Positions 1 through 11,240 are shown, counted from the whole stretch's first letter. The stretch: 64,000 nt of DNA, filler included, from Globobulimina sp. (GCA_003354225.1; 17 parts of 17 records of this genome joined end to end with filler, not necessarily neighbours in it), one strand, 5' to 3'. Translations and numbers: made by a program. The notes: a model not told the origin generated them from the letters alone.

Positions 1-480
1 TTGTGTAATTAACCTAGGAGCAGCAGGCTGCAAGAACCCACAGAGTTTTTTTTTCTTCTTTTTTTGCAGTTGCTGGTGGTGGTTTTTTTGTGGCAGTTGC
101 TGGTGGTTATGTTAAAGTTGCTGGTGGTGTAATAACTGTGATTGTAGCTGCGAAAATTAGTCGGATAATTAAATTATGATTATATAAATAGAATAATTAC
201 ACGCTACTTTAAAAATAAAAGCAGTGATAATTTTTGTTAGGTGACGATTTGAAATTTTGTTTTCGAGCAGTTTTGTTTACGTTTCATTAAAGAACAACAT
301 ATTTTAAAACAAAAAAATTTAAAGAAAGTTTCATTCAAATCTTTGACTCAAATCTTTGACTCAAATCTTTTGCTCAAATCTTTGGCTCACAATAAAAGTA
401 AAAAGTACCTAATGGTACAGCTACAATAATTTTTATAGAACCCAAAGAGATTCATATACTACGTATACTTTCTCTGTGGG
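1..480 (-). mobile_element. Probable DNA-transposon end interrupting IFT144 (CCCA terminus, terminal hairpin, subterminal tandem repeats)
   Basis: IFT144 homology stops abruptly at IEFLVLS (481). The minus strand then begins CCCACAGAGA, forms a hairpin at 441-480 (CCCA/TGGG, AGAGA/TCTCT, TATAC/GTATA) and carries four 13-nt repeats. Confidence 0.45.
335..389. repeat. 13-nt tandem repeat TCAAATCTTTGAC x4
   Basis: Units start at 335, 348, 361 and 374. Confidence 0.95.
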
Positions 481-3400
481 GATAAAACTAAAAATTCAAT
501 ACATGTCATAATATCTCTTTTATTCAATGCAAACTGTGCAATGATTTTAGCACCTTCGATAAATGGATTATTACGCACGAGATTTATGGCTTTATCAATT
601 TGACCGGGAATGTGATATAAATATAACCGAATTATTGATAACTTATCATTTGCGATGTTGTAGGAATTCAAAGCATCATTATATTGTTTAATTAATTCCA
701 TTTCTTTGGCATATTTTATATGTAATGATGGTGTCGATATTTTATTGATTAATGGCTTGATGGCATCAAAGTTTTTGCTGAGAATAAAACAATTTACGGC
801 TTTTGTAATCTGATTACATTCAATAAATATTTGTCCAGATTCGTTATACTGTTTCATTGATTGTAATAAATTTGCACATTCATACTGTAAATTTGTATTT
901 TTTGACGATAACGCTAATTCAACACCTTTTTGAATGTAGCCAATGCGCAATGTACATCTTACGATGCCGGATTGACATAAATCGGAGGCTAAATGTTGAT
1001 GCTTTTCTGCTTTTTCATACATTTGTAAGGACTCTGCATACTTTTGTTTAAATTCTAATTGTTGTGCATATTCAAAACATATCTTCGGTAATAATTTGCC
1101 AGTGACACAATTCTCCATTTCTTGACATAGAGCTAATGCCACATCAAATTGTAATAAATTACACCGCATTTTTAATGCACATATCGGTTTATTTGATAAC
1201 AAAAACAATTTCTGTGCAGTTTCAAAATCGTTTAATAGTGTACAACAATGAGCAGATACTAAAAATAAATCATTTTCATTTTTTAATTTATTCAATAATA
1301 ATACAGATGATGCATTTTGTAATGATCTAAATACACTGATTGCTAACTCAATATTTAATAATTCTAAACATTTTTTGCTTAAAGCAATCCAAAGTTCTCT
1401 TTGATTTAAACGCAATGATATGAAATAAGCATCGCGTAGAAAATGTAGTGACATTAATTGATAAAAACATTTCCTGGTTTGACTAAATTGAGTAATTGAT
1501 ATTAATTTAGATATATCCGCTGTATTTGCGTTGTTATTATTATTATGCATATGTTCATACAATGCTTCATAACAATTTAATATTTTATATTCGATTTTAT
1601 TCTCGGAAATATTATCGGAAAAACCAATTACAATTCCATTAATTATTAAAATTGGTTTAAAGCTCTTATCCAAAGTAGTAATGTCAATATATTCTACAAT
1701 CGGTCCACGTAATGTTTGTGCGTTATACACAAATGAATATATTATATTTTTATTTATATCATATCCATAAAATATATTTTTATTTTTTTGGTCCCAAAAT
1801 ATTTGCTTTATGCATATGGTGGAGGAAAACTTATCAATTTTTAATTTTGTATCAGTTACCGGATTATATAAATATCCATAATTGGAGCTATCGATAAAAA
1901 GAGTGATGGTGCCATTATGATTTGGATACAATCCATCGATGCTGGCTTCATTATGTTTGGTCTCATTCACTAATTTATAATTTTCTAAGTACATTTGATA
2001 CAAAATACCAGTTTTTGATGCACAAATTAAAAACAATGATGTCAATGAAAAACATGATATTTGCTCATTTTTTATATTAAATACATATGGTTCTGGTTCA
2101 AGACGACTATTACTGTTATCCTTTAATGCGATTACGAATATTTTATTGTCAACCAATACACATAAATGTGTTTCATTTAATTTTATATCTCGTATTTCGG
2201 AAATAAAATCATATTCAAATAATAATACATTATCAAATGTATAACACCAACAATGATTATTAAATGTGACAGCGATATGATTTAATCCAATTCCAATCAA
2301 TTGCGGTTCAATTGTAATATTAATATTGACTGCTTGCCGATTCTCCAAATAATTTGTAATAATTGATATCTGTTATAATGATTATAAATGTGCAATATTT
2401 TTGTCTTCATAAACTTGGATATTGATTGATTTATTTGTTTTGACTAAATATGATAATAAATTGCCGCAACTTGTATTAATACATAATATCTGTCCATCGG
2501 AACTCCAATTTAATAGAGTCGGTATGCCATAATCAGAGCTATTAAAACATTCATTCTCTTTCCATGTGCTTAAATCAATAATTTTGATATATTCCTGGGT
2601 AGAAACAGCAGCGTAACTTTGATGGATAGAGATGCAAAGAATGGATTTGTGGTCAATACGCAAAGAGTGTATCTCTTGCCCCATTTCTTTTTGATGCGTG
2701 GAGATGGAGACAATAAATCCTTTGCTAAAACCAGCTAAAATATAGCCATCGCCGTACCATTTATAGCACATAATCTCACCATATTTGGCTTGAAAGGCTA
2801 ACTCAATCGGTTGTGATGGGTTATTTATAAAATACATATAAATTGTTTTTCCATTCATATTCATTGTAATGGTGTCTTCTTCCAATTCACGGCCTTTATT
2901 GTCGCTCATTTGTAGCCCAAATTGCAAATCTAATGGGTGTTGTTTTAAATAATTCTCATTTATTGTATTTCCATTAATGTCCGATATCGTTAACTTCTTG
3001 TCTTTGCCCACTAATCCTAACTTATTTGAGATGTTCCAGGCACCGTAAACTATCTTTTTACTGTGTTTGCCCATAATTATTTGTTTACGGAATGTTAATT
3101 TATTATACAGTAATACATTGCCTTTGGATGAGCCAACAGATAAAATGTTGCCTTTCTTGCCGCGATTCCATGAGAGCCAGCTTATTTTCTTTAAATCGGT
3201 GTTTAATTTTCTTATTTTTGAGATTGAAATGTCATACAATACAATCGTAGACTCGTTTTCTTGCGATACTGCCAGTGTTTCGCCCTCATTGTCCCAGTCC
3301 AAATACATTACACGATTTTTGGATATTAATGCAAATTCCTTTAATACATTGCCTGATCGGTTGTATATTCGAACTCTATAATTGCCACCAACTACGGCCA

Positions 3401-3482
3401 AATATTTATTTCGACAATCCCATTCCGATAAAACCTGGCCGGGACCTAACACTGCTGATGTCTCAACAAATAATTGTTTCAT
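481..3482 (-). CDS. IFT144: Intraflagellar transport protein IFT144/WDR19, 3'-truncated, with two in-frame TAA (2382-2384, 2373-2375); possibly a pseudogene
   Basis: N-terminal WD40 motifs (LDWDNEGETLAV, GKHSKKI, PIELAFQAKYGEIMCYKWYGDGYILAGFSKG) followed by a TPR/alpha-solenoid region. ORFs 2382-3482 and 459-2348 are in the same frame. Confidence 0.92.
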
Positions 3483-3681
3483 TTTTGTTTCATTTTGGAA
3501 GGAAACTAAGTTACAAAAAACTTGAAAGCTGGTAATTAAAACTCAACTGAAGTTATTTAATAGTGGCCCTTGTTGTATCGTGAATTGCCAACTGTAAACT
3601 GCCAATCTACATATTCTCCTGCGTCACATTTTTAAACATGTTAAAATTAGCAACATTAGCATTAGTTGCATTGACGCATGG

Positions 3682-3781
3682 NNNNNNNNNNNNNNNNNNN
3701 NNNNNNNNNNNNNNNNNNNNNNNNNTTAATTAATTAANNNNNNNNNNNNNNNNNNNNNNNNNNNNNNNNNNNNNNNNNNNN
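3682..3781. other. Artificial contig spacer (first of 16; others start at 7462, 11241, 15020, 18798, 22575, 26352, 30128, 33904, 37678, 41452, 45226, 48998, 52770, 56540, 60310)
   Basis: Identical 100-nt N-run/TTAATTAATTAA/N-run each time. Contig lengths fall steadily (3680, 3679, 3679, 3678 ... 3670), which indicates size-sorted concatenation. Confidence 0.98.
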
Positions 3782-4086
3782 TAATGTTATTTTTTGTTCC
3801 AATTTCTGAGTATTTACAGCTTTTGATTTAATGTAATATGGGGTCTTTTGTCATTATATTGTACATTTTCTTTTTTCTCGATTGTCATTAATCATTATTT
3901 TGATTTATTTTTCATAAATTAATGAAATTCCGCGTGCTCACTGTTAGGTATCGTGAAAGTCCACAGTTATAAATTAAAGATGATCGAAATGAAATATCAC
4001 TCAAATCGTTACTTTTTCGGGATTTAATTTAAACCGTTTTCCAACATTGGAATAAGTTGAAACAGTTTTTCATGTAAGTTTGTAAC

Positions 4087-5154
4087 ATGGCAACCAGTGT
4101 GACATCAAAAGTAAAAATAGTAGCAATCGGTGATGCTGAGGTTGGTAAAACATGCTTATTAATATCATACTTATCCAATTCATCTCAAAAAATACCCTCA
4201 ATATTTAATGCAATCTACTTTAATAAAACAATAAATATTAACAACAGTGAAGAAACAATCACTATAAAACTATGTGATACTTCTCCTGAACAACAACACT
4301 TAGCACTTCGTATCAAAGCATATAAAAACTGCGATATTTGTTTGGCTTGTTTTGATATTTTAAATATAGAATCATTACAAAGTATTGGTACAACATTCAT
4401 TCCGGAAATACGAGAGATTGCACCCAGTTGCATTCTGGTGTTAGTTGGCTTAAAATGTGATTTGCGCCAATCTATGAAGAATGAAGTCTGTATGCAAACA
4501 ATTAAAGAGTATCAAATCAAATATAACATTAAAGATTATGTTGAAACCTCTGCGTTGAAAAAAATAAATGTAACAAAAGCATTCCAAATTGCAATTGAAA
4601 CCTTTTTGCTTTCAGGCAGTCAACACAGAGAATCACGCATTTTAAGGTATTAATATTTTCTGTAATAAGTGTAATTTATCTGTAAATAGCTAGGAAATAC
4701 TCAATATTTATAATAATCTGGAAATACGACAAGTAATGAGATGGATGAGATTGTTCCAACTTCATTAAATTCGATGATGACCAAACATAAAAAACAATGG
4801 AGTCAACATTTGCAATCAATGGGTTTGGAATTGGATGCAAATCATTCGAATGGTTTAAATAATGTAAATGTAAATGCATGGCCGCAAGTGCCACAGCAAT
4901 ATCATATGGCAATGCAGCCACAGCAATTTCAACACTATAATTATAATAATAATAATATAGCAATGCAGCCACAGCAATATCAACAATATCAGCAATACAA
5001 TTACAATGAAGCATTGTTGCCGACCCGAACTCCGGAACAACAGGCACAAAAAGCCACGAATAGCAATGTTGGTTTAGAATCAATCGATTATCTCCTTCAA
5101 ACAGATGATGATGCAAATAGTAAACAAAAAGGATGTTGTTGTGTTGTAATGTAA
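4087..5154 (+). CDS. Divergent Rho-family small GTPase with Q/N-rich tail and CAAX; probable intron 4647-4733
   Basis: GDAEVGKTCLL P-loop, LCDTSPEQ (degenerate DTAGQ), LVGLKCDLR and YVETSAL. The downstream ORF 4741-5154 ends KQKGCCCVVM. The join is inferred. Confidence 0.75.
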
Positions 5155-5323
5155 CTCACTTTGTTCAATATGTATAATATTCATAATCCATAATCGATCT
5201 CATAATCATATATTTATACTTTTATAGCCATTTATAGCACTCATTCCGTATTTGTATCATTGAAGCTACTGTATACCAAAAACAATACACTAAAAAAAGT
5301 CGAATCAAATCAAAGCACAAAGC

Positions 5324-7461
5324 ATGGCTTTTGAAGTATTTGATGATGGTATGTCATTATACATTCATTTATGTGATGTGTTTTTAACATATGATGTGTT
5401 CTTTGTACCAAGTGGCATTTTATTGGTTTCTCCAGGTCATCTTAGGCATTACATTATTACCGCTCACATTATACAAAATCCGTCAATTTTTCACATTCAA
5501 ACACAATTTAATCACTCGTTCCCATCCATTTGTATCCGAAATCCCAGAGTACATTCCAAAAATCAAATTAATATCCGACGAAGACAAATCAATCGACAGC
5601 ACATTAAGTCTCAAAAACATATTCTTCGCCTTCTCATGGATCTTATTCCTATTATTATTAATTCAATTACCCAAATGGCATAACCGTGAAATGACTAGTT
5701 TTGAGCCATTCGACGCCTTGGAAATCCCCAAAGGTTCCTCCGAGTCGCAAATAAAGCGCGCGTACAGGAAAATGTCGCTTAAATATCACCCGGACAAATG
5801 CACCAAGCCTCCTTTGAGTTTGCCCGAAACCAAATGCAAAGACATGTTCATTATGGTCCGCAAAGCCTATGAGACCTTGACCGACGAACAAACCAAAGAC
5901 AACTATGAGAAATATGGCAACCCCGACGGCTATAAAGGCACTTCGGTGACCATTGGCTTACCGTCGTGGTTGACCCACAAAGAAAACGAGTTGGCCATCT
6001 TATCCGTGTACTTTATCGCGTTGATCATCTTAGTCGCTGTGGTCTGGACGTGGTGGAGCCACAGCAGCAAATTCCATAAATCAGGTACGTATCCTCGCAC
6101 TTTGCATCAATATATCTTGTAATCCTTGCACTGTCGCGCAACATCCAGGAGTTTACAAGCGCAGTATCGATATTTATTGGCGCTTCGTCAAACAAGACAT
6201 GCGTTTGCGCCATTTATTGGATATCCTGTCCGCCAGCGCAGAATATCGCATGTTGGACGTCTCCATCCCCGACGACCGGATTGCTGCCAAATATAAAGAC
6301 TTCGAAGCCTTGGAACAGGACATCTTATCCGTGGCGAAAAAGCGCGGCGGCGCCAACCCAGACCGACAACAGTTAGACAATATATTTTCGGCGGGCTATG
6401 CGCGGAAAGCGGCTGCTTTGTTGCACGGCCATTTGATGGGCATGCAAATCCCCACTACGTTGTACAGTGAGTATATGTATGTCTTGCAAGAGGCGCCGCG
6501 TTTATTGGATGTGATGATTGATATGACAGTGTCTCGCGAGAGGTTTTGGGCGCAGACCATCCAATTAATTCAGTTAAAACAGGCCATAATTCAGGGCGTG
6601 TGGCCCATGGAGTCGTATCTCAAACAATTGCCGCATTGGACCACCAACATCGACAAAGCCATTCGGAAAAAAGGCTTCCAATCCATTTTGGCGTTGAACT
6701 TCCAGTCTGATGACGAGTTGAAGGAGATTTTGACTGCGATTTATAGCGAGTATTCCAAGGACAACTCGCATTTATTGATCTCGAGCGCGGCGACGACGCT
6801 TTCCAATGACAATAATATCAATGAGGAAATTGCAGAGTACACCGGCGTGCCCAACAAAAGCAAAAAGAAGAAGAAATATGGCGGCAAAGGCAACAAACGG
6901 AAGAAAAATAAGCGGCAAAACAGCAAGAAATCGCCCAAAAAACAAGCAAAAGTGACGGCGAATGCGAGTGTGCAGCAAACTGACGGCGATGCGCAAACTG
7001 AGAAAGAGAAAGCAGCAAAAGGTCAAAGTGATGGTGAAAAAGTAGGCGCAGAGCCAGGGCCAGTCGCAAGTGTTGAAGCTGACGTCGACGCTGAGGATCT
7101 AATTCCAGCGGGAAAGCCATTGGAAAGTGACGAAGAGATAGATTTTATGTGCCAGAATGCCTTAACTTGCATTCGAATGTACCCATTTCTGCGAATGTCA
7201 TATTGTGCGCGCACCTATGATGAGAAGGAGATATTCAATGAGGACATTGTCAAAGTAACAGTGCATTTGGAGCGCATTGCGGAGCCCTGGCAGTTTGATG
7301 CGGAATCGTTTGAAGATGTGATTGAAATTAAGCCGCCGGAGATGGATAGAAAAAAAGCATTGGATTTGGATGGCGAGAATTCCAACGAAGAAACTGAAAC
7401 AGATCCATATTCCGAGCTCGAAAAGATGTCCCACTATCTTGCGCAGGGGTTAGAAGATTGT
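5324..7461 (+). CDS. SEC63: Translocon subunit SEC63 (J-domain membrane protein), 3' partial; introns 5349-5412 and 6085-6148
   Basis: TM helices flank a J-domain with HPD and YEKYGNPDG..IGLPSWL, followed by a Sec63/Brl region. Both 64-nt GT-AG introns restore the frame. Confidence 0.9.
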
Positions 7462-7561
7462 NNNNNNNNNNNNNNNNNNNNNNNNNNNNNNNNNNNNNNN
7501 NNNNNTTAATTAATTAANNNNNNNNNNNNNNNNNNNNNNNNNNNNNNNNNNNNNNNNNNNN

Positions 7562-8165
7562 TATGATAACAATAATTAGGTCAAGATAATTGGTATTAGG
7601 CTCTATTCTATGCTATACATTTATATTTAATAACTGTACATTTATATTTATTTAATAGCTCATTTCCGAATCAAGAGTTTATATACAAAATATACATTTC
7701 GGAATCAAGATTTAATATACAAATAATATACATTTCGGAATCAAGATTTAATATACAAATAATATACATTTCGGAATCAAGAGTGTCTATCGACCCAAGT
7801 AAGGTAAGTTAAAAAGTTTTTTGAAAGATGTTAAAGATCTTCAAAAACTTTTCCTCACTTCACTTCCTTTAATCGCTCTTTCGTGACTAGGATTTCTGGA
7901 GCTCGACAAAGTACGCAAATTAGTATTATGTCTTTGTCCTATCCTTTCCTAACACCTCCTATCTATTCTATTCTATCCTATTCTATCCTATCCATCCTAT
8001 TCTATCCATCCTATTCTATCCATCCTATTCTATCCATCCTATTCTATCCATCATATCCATCATATTCTATGATAACAATAATTAGGTCAAGATAATTGGT
8101 ATTAGGCTCTATTCTATGCTATACATTTATATTTAATAACTGTACATTTATATTTATTTAATAGC
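7562..8165. repeat. ~99-nt direct repeat (7562-7660 and 8068-8165) enclosing a 36-nt tandem array (7661-7781), an imperfect inverted repeat (~7797-7870) and a TATCC/TATTC microsatellite
   Basis: The repeat begins TATGATAACAATAATTAGGTCAAGATAATTGGTATTAGGC in both copies. The tandem unit is AATATACATTTCGGAATCAAGATTTAATATACAAAT. Confidence 0.9.
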
Positions 8166-8425
8166 TATTTAAAAGCTATTTAAAAGCTATTTTTAAAAGC
8201 TATTAATTTGTATTTTATTTGTATTTTATTTGTATTTTTTTTGTATTCTATTTGTATTCTATTATCCAACCGGTTCTATTTTGTATTTTATTATCCAACC
8301 GGTTCTATTCTATTATCCAACCTATTCTATTCTATCTTATTCTATCCTATCTATTCTATTCCATCTTTTAATAAGCAAATTTAAGAGCATATTTAATAAA
8401 ATAAACGCACCGTTGTATGTTACCT

Positions 8426-8795
8426 AACGACAGCTCCACACAGAACCCCTTCTACGCACAACTGGGACACCTATACAGTTGTAGTTGGGGCATGGTCTGA
8501 CCGGAGAGCGAACAGGGACATACGGAAGTCAGTACGGGGTAACCTTAGGCTGCCGTGGTAGGACACGGTTTAAAATCTGGTATCTCGCAACAGAGAGCCG
8601 GCATGTACTTGCAAGGATCCTGGTGAGGCCAGGTGACGAGCTCAGTTCTTGTGTATAACTAGCTCCCGCGAGGCAAAGTTCTAATTGTGTTCCCTGAAAT
8701 ATCTTACACCATTTTCAACGGAACTGTAAACCAATTAGGACCAGGTACTGTCCCTTATTTTGTTCCATGAAATATTACACCGGTTTCTACGGAAC
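8426..8795 (+). ncRNA. Candidate structured RNA of unknown class upstream of the Helitron ORF
   Basis: About 54% GC over 8461-8640 within very AT-rich flanks, no ORF of 60 aa or more, many stems and a duplicated hairpin. Strand is inferred from G-U-compatible pairs. Confidence 0.5.
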
Positions 8796-8928
8796 TTTAT
8801 TTAATAAATATAAATTTACAGTTATTAATAAATTATTATTAAAAATTATTTTATTAAAGATATATATAACAATAATTAGGTCAATTAGCACACGTTTCGC
8901 AGAAGAAGATAATTGGTATTAGGCGAAA

Positions 8929-11240
8929 ATGGCATCAAAACGAAATCGAAGAAAGAATAATAATAATAACAACGAGAAAAAGAAAGCGAAGCCACTTAAT
9001 GGTAATGATTTGTTTGGTTATAGCAATAGAAAGAAAAGTAAAAATAAATTACGACGTAATCAAATTAATTCCAGCATTACGAGCACCACCACAACGATTA
9101 GAATTCGTCGTCAACGAAGTTTGTTAGACAGACTTCAAAATCCTTCCCCTACTGTGCAATCCCAAATTGCTCCACCTCCAACTGCACAACCAACACCATC
9201 ACCTGCACAACCATCACTTGTGCAATCCCTAATTCGTCGTCGTAATCCTCGTAGACCTCGTAGACCTAATCGCAGACGTAGCCGTATCAATACTCCACCT
9301 ACTGCGCAATCCCGAATTGGTCGTCGTCGTAGACCTAATCCTCGTAGTCGTAGACCTCGTATCAATACTCCACCTCCACCTGCACAACAATCACCATCTC
9401 CTCCACCTCCACCTCCTGTACAATCCAAAATCCGTAGACGTAGAACTCGACGTAGTTGTTTGGATAGCCTACCTATTAACAATAACAACAGTAATCAAAA
9501 TCCCCCACCTCCACCTCCCCCACCTTCGCATCCTCAAATTATTCAACCACAACCATCACCATCTCCTACACCACAACCACCTCCACGTAAAAAAAGACGA
9601 ATTAATCTCGATATTAAAGAAGATTTAGCAATTCTGCAATCAATAAGCCCACCAGAAAATGAAAATGCATTCCAGCGAAGAATTAGCCAACTTACGCAAA
9701 AAATAAATTCGGCGAGTTTGTCAGTTGTGGTGGACTCTGATGATAATATGGAGGATAATGATAATAATAACAGCAACGAAGACAATCAAAATGATGCCAG
9801 TGACCATGACAGTGATATGGATATAATACCAGATATGGATATGTATCAAACTGCGGGAGGTCCACAACAAACAGCAGATATTCCGGATGAAGACAGTAAA
9901 AGTAGTGACGACAACGTAAGCGATGAAGACAACGAAACTGAAGAAAGTGAACACGAAAGTGATGAAGACAACGTAAGTGATGAAGACAACGAAACTGAAG
10001 AGAGTGGTGATGATATTTCGGATGAAAATAAAGAGGAAAATAATGTTATTCCTGTTAAAGAATTTATTTTTGAAATTACTGATAGCTCGCATAGTATAAA
10101 GACAATAGCAAGGCGTTTAAAAATTGAAGAAGGCGGCAAAGCTGGAGCAATCGGCAAAGCAGCTAAAGTAAAGAATATTTTAGCAAAATATGCAGAAGAC
10201 CTATCGCAAAGTGATGATTTACCAAGAATAAAAGATGCATTTAATAGAGTATTACGTCAATTACCAGTGCAAGAAAATTACGCCAAAAACCATTGGGCTA
10301 AATATCATTTTTTCGGTGTACCAGTGTCGTGGTTATTAGGTATGCAGGAAGACTCAGAAAGTGATGACGAAGAAGAACAAAGTCAAAGCGAGTCGGATGA
10401 TGAAATAAAAGAACGTAAACAAGATTCAGACGAAGAATATATCCCACACAGCAAATATCACATAAAAAAAATGGATGAAGAAAAGGCAGGTGCATGGTAT
10501 ATAACAAATGGTGATGTAAACGCAGAGAAAATAATCCAAGCCAAAAATTATATTGGCAGAAGATCAAAAATATGCGAATATTGTGGAGCTAAATTATGGA
10601 TAAGGGAAACGTCTTCAATTTGCTGTTTTAATGGAAAAGTAAAATTAGAGCCTTTACCACCACTACCAGCAGTATTTCAGAAATTATTTAATGATAATAA
10701 TCCAAACAGTAATCATTTTAGAAGATATATTAATTCGTATAATAACGCGTTTTGTATGACTTCATCCGGAATCACAAGAAATTTCCCACCAGGCCAAGGT
10801 CCTCCAGTTTTTCGTATTCAAGGTGTACCACATCACCAAATTGGCTCATTGGCAGTTCCAGCTAATTATAGTGCAAGATATGCCCAATTATATTTAATTG
10901 ACACGGATGAAGCCTTGCAACAAAGAGCAGACTCAAGCAACTATTTAAGATCAACACGGGCACGTATAATATTAGGTCAATTAAGCGACTATTTACGTGA
11001 ACATAATAAGTTCGTGAAAGAGTATAAAATGGCTATGGAATGGCAAAAAAAAGATGACAAAAAAGAGTTGGTTCTTATATTTGAAGGAAGAGCACCATCA
11101 AATCAGCATGCACGGCGGTGGAATTTACCAACAGGCGGTGGAATGTGTGGTATCATATCAAATATTGGTGATATTGACTGGAAGAAACAGAGATATCGAG
11201 ACATTATTATTCGTTGTAGAGGATCCAATAAATTAGAACC
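8929..11240 (+). mobile_element. Helitron Rep/Hel protein, N-terminal part (3' truncated by contig end)
   Basis: CEYCGAKLW..E...CCFNGKVKL zinc motif, FRRYINSYNNAFCMTS, GPPVFRIQG..HHQIGSL, YAQLYLID, HNKFVKEYK, RRWNLPT and RDIII are characteristic of the Helitron region upstream of the Rep domain. Intronless. Confidence 0.92.

Noticed and set aside
37-45. CCCACAGAG as the partner TIR of 472-480
   Set aside because: Only 9 bp match, there is no TSD, and IFT144 coding sequence does not resume beyond it, so it may be coincidental.
2373-2384. Genome-wide TAA-to-Gln reassignment
   Set aside because: Many long ORFs have no internal TAA, and TAA is the clear terminator of several genes (e.g. after CAAX at 5154, NIPA at 16149, PARG at 55233).
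3682-3781. Regularly spaced TTAATTAATTAA palindromes as a biological repeat or chromosome-breakage signal
   Set aside because: They are embedded in N-runs, identical, give stops in six frames, and separate size-sorted contigs, so they are an assembly linker.
7661-7781. 36-nt repeats as a CRISPR array
   Set aside because: The units are directly adjacent with no unique spacers, there are no cas genes, and the context is eukaryotic.
8490-8760. Assigning the structured island to a group I or II intron, HDV or hammerhead ribozyme
   Set aside because: There are only partial resemblances (GAGCCG, GCGAA..GGGAC, GTACGGGG, AGGTAC), and I could not place the required core elements in the right order.
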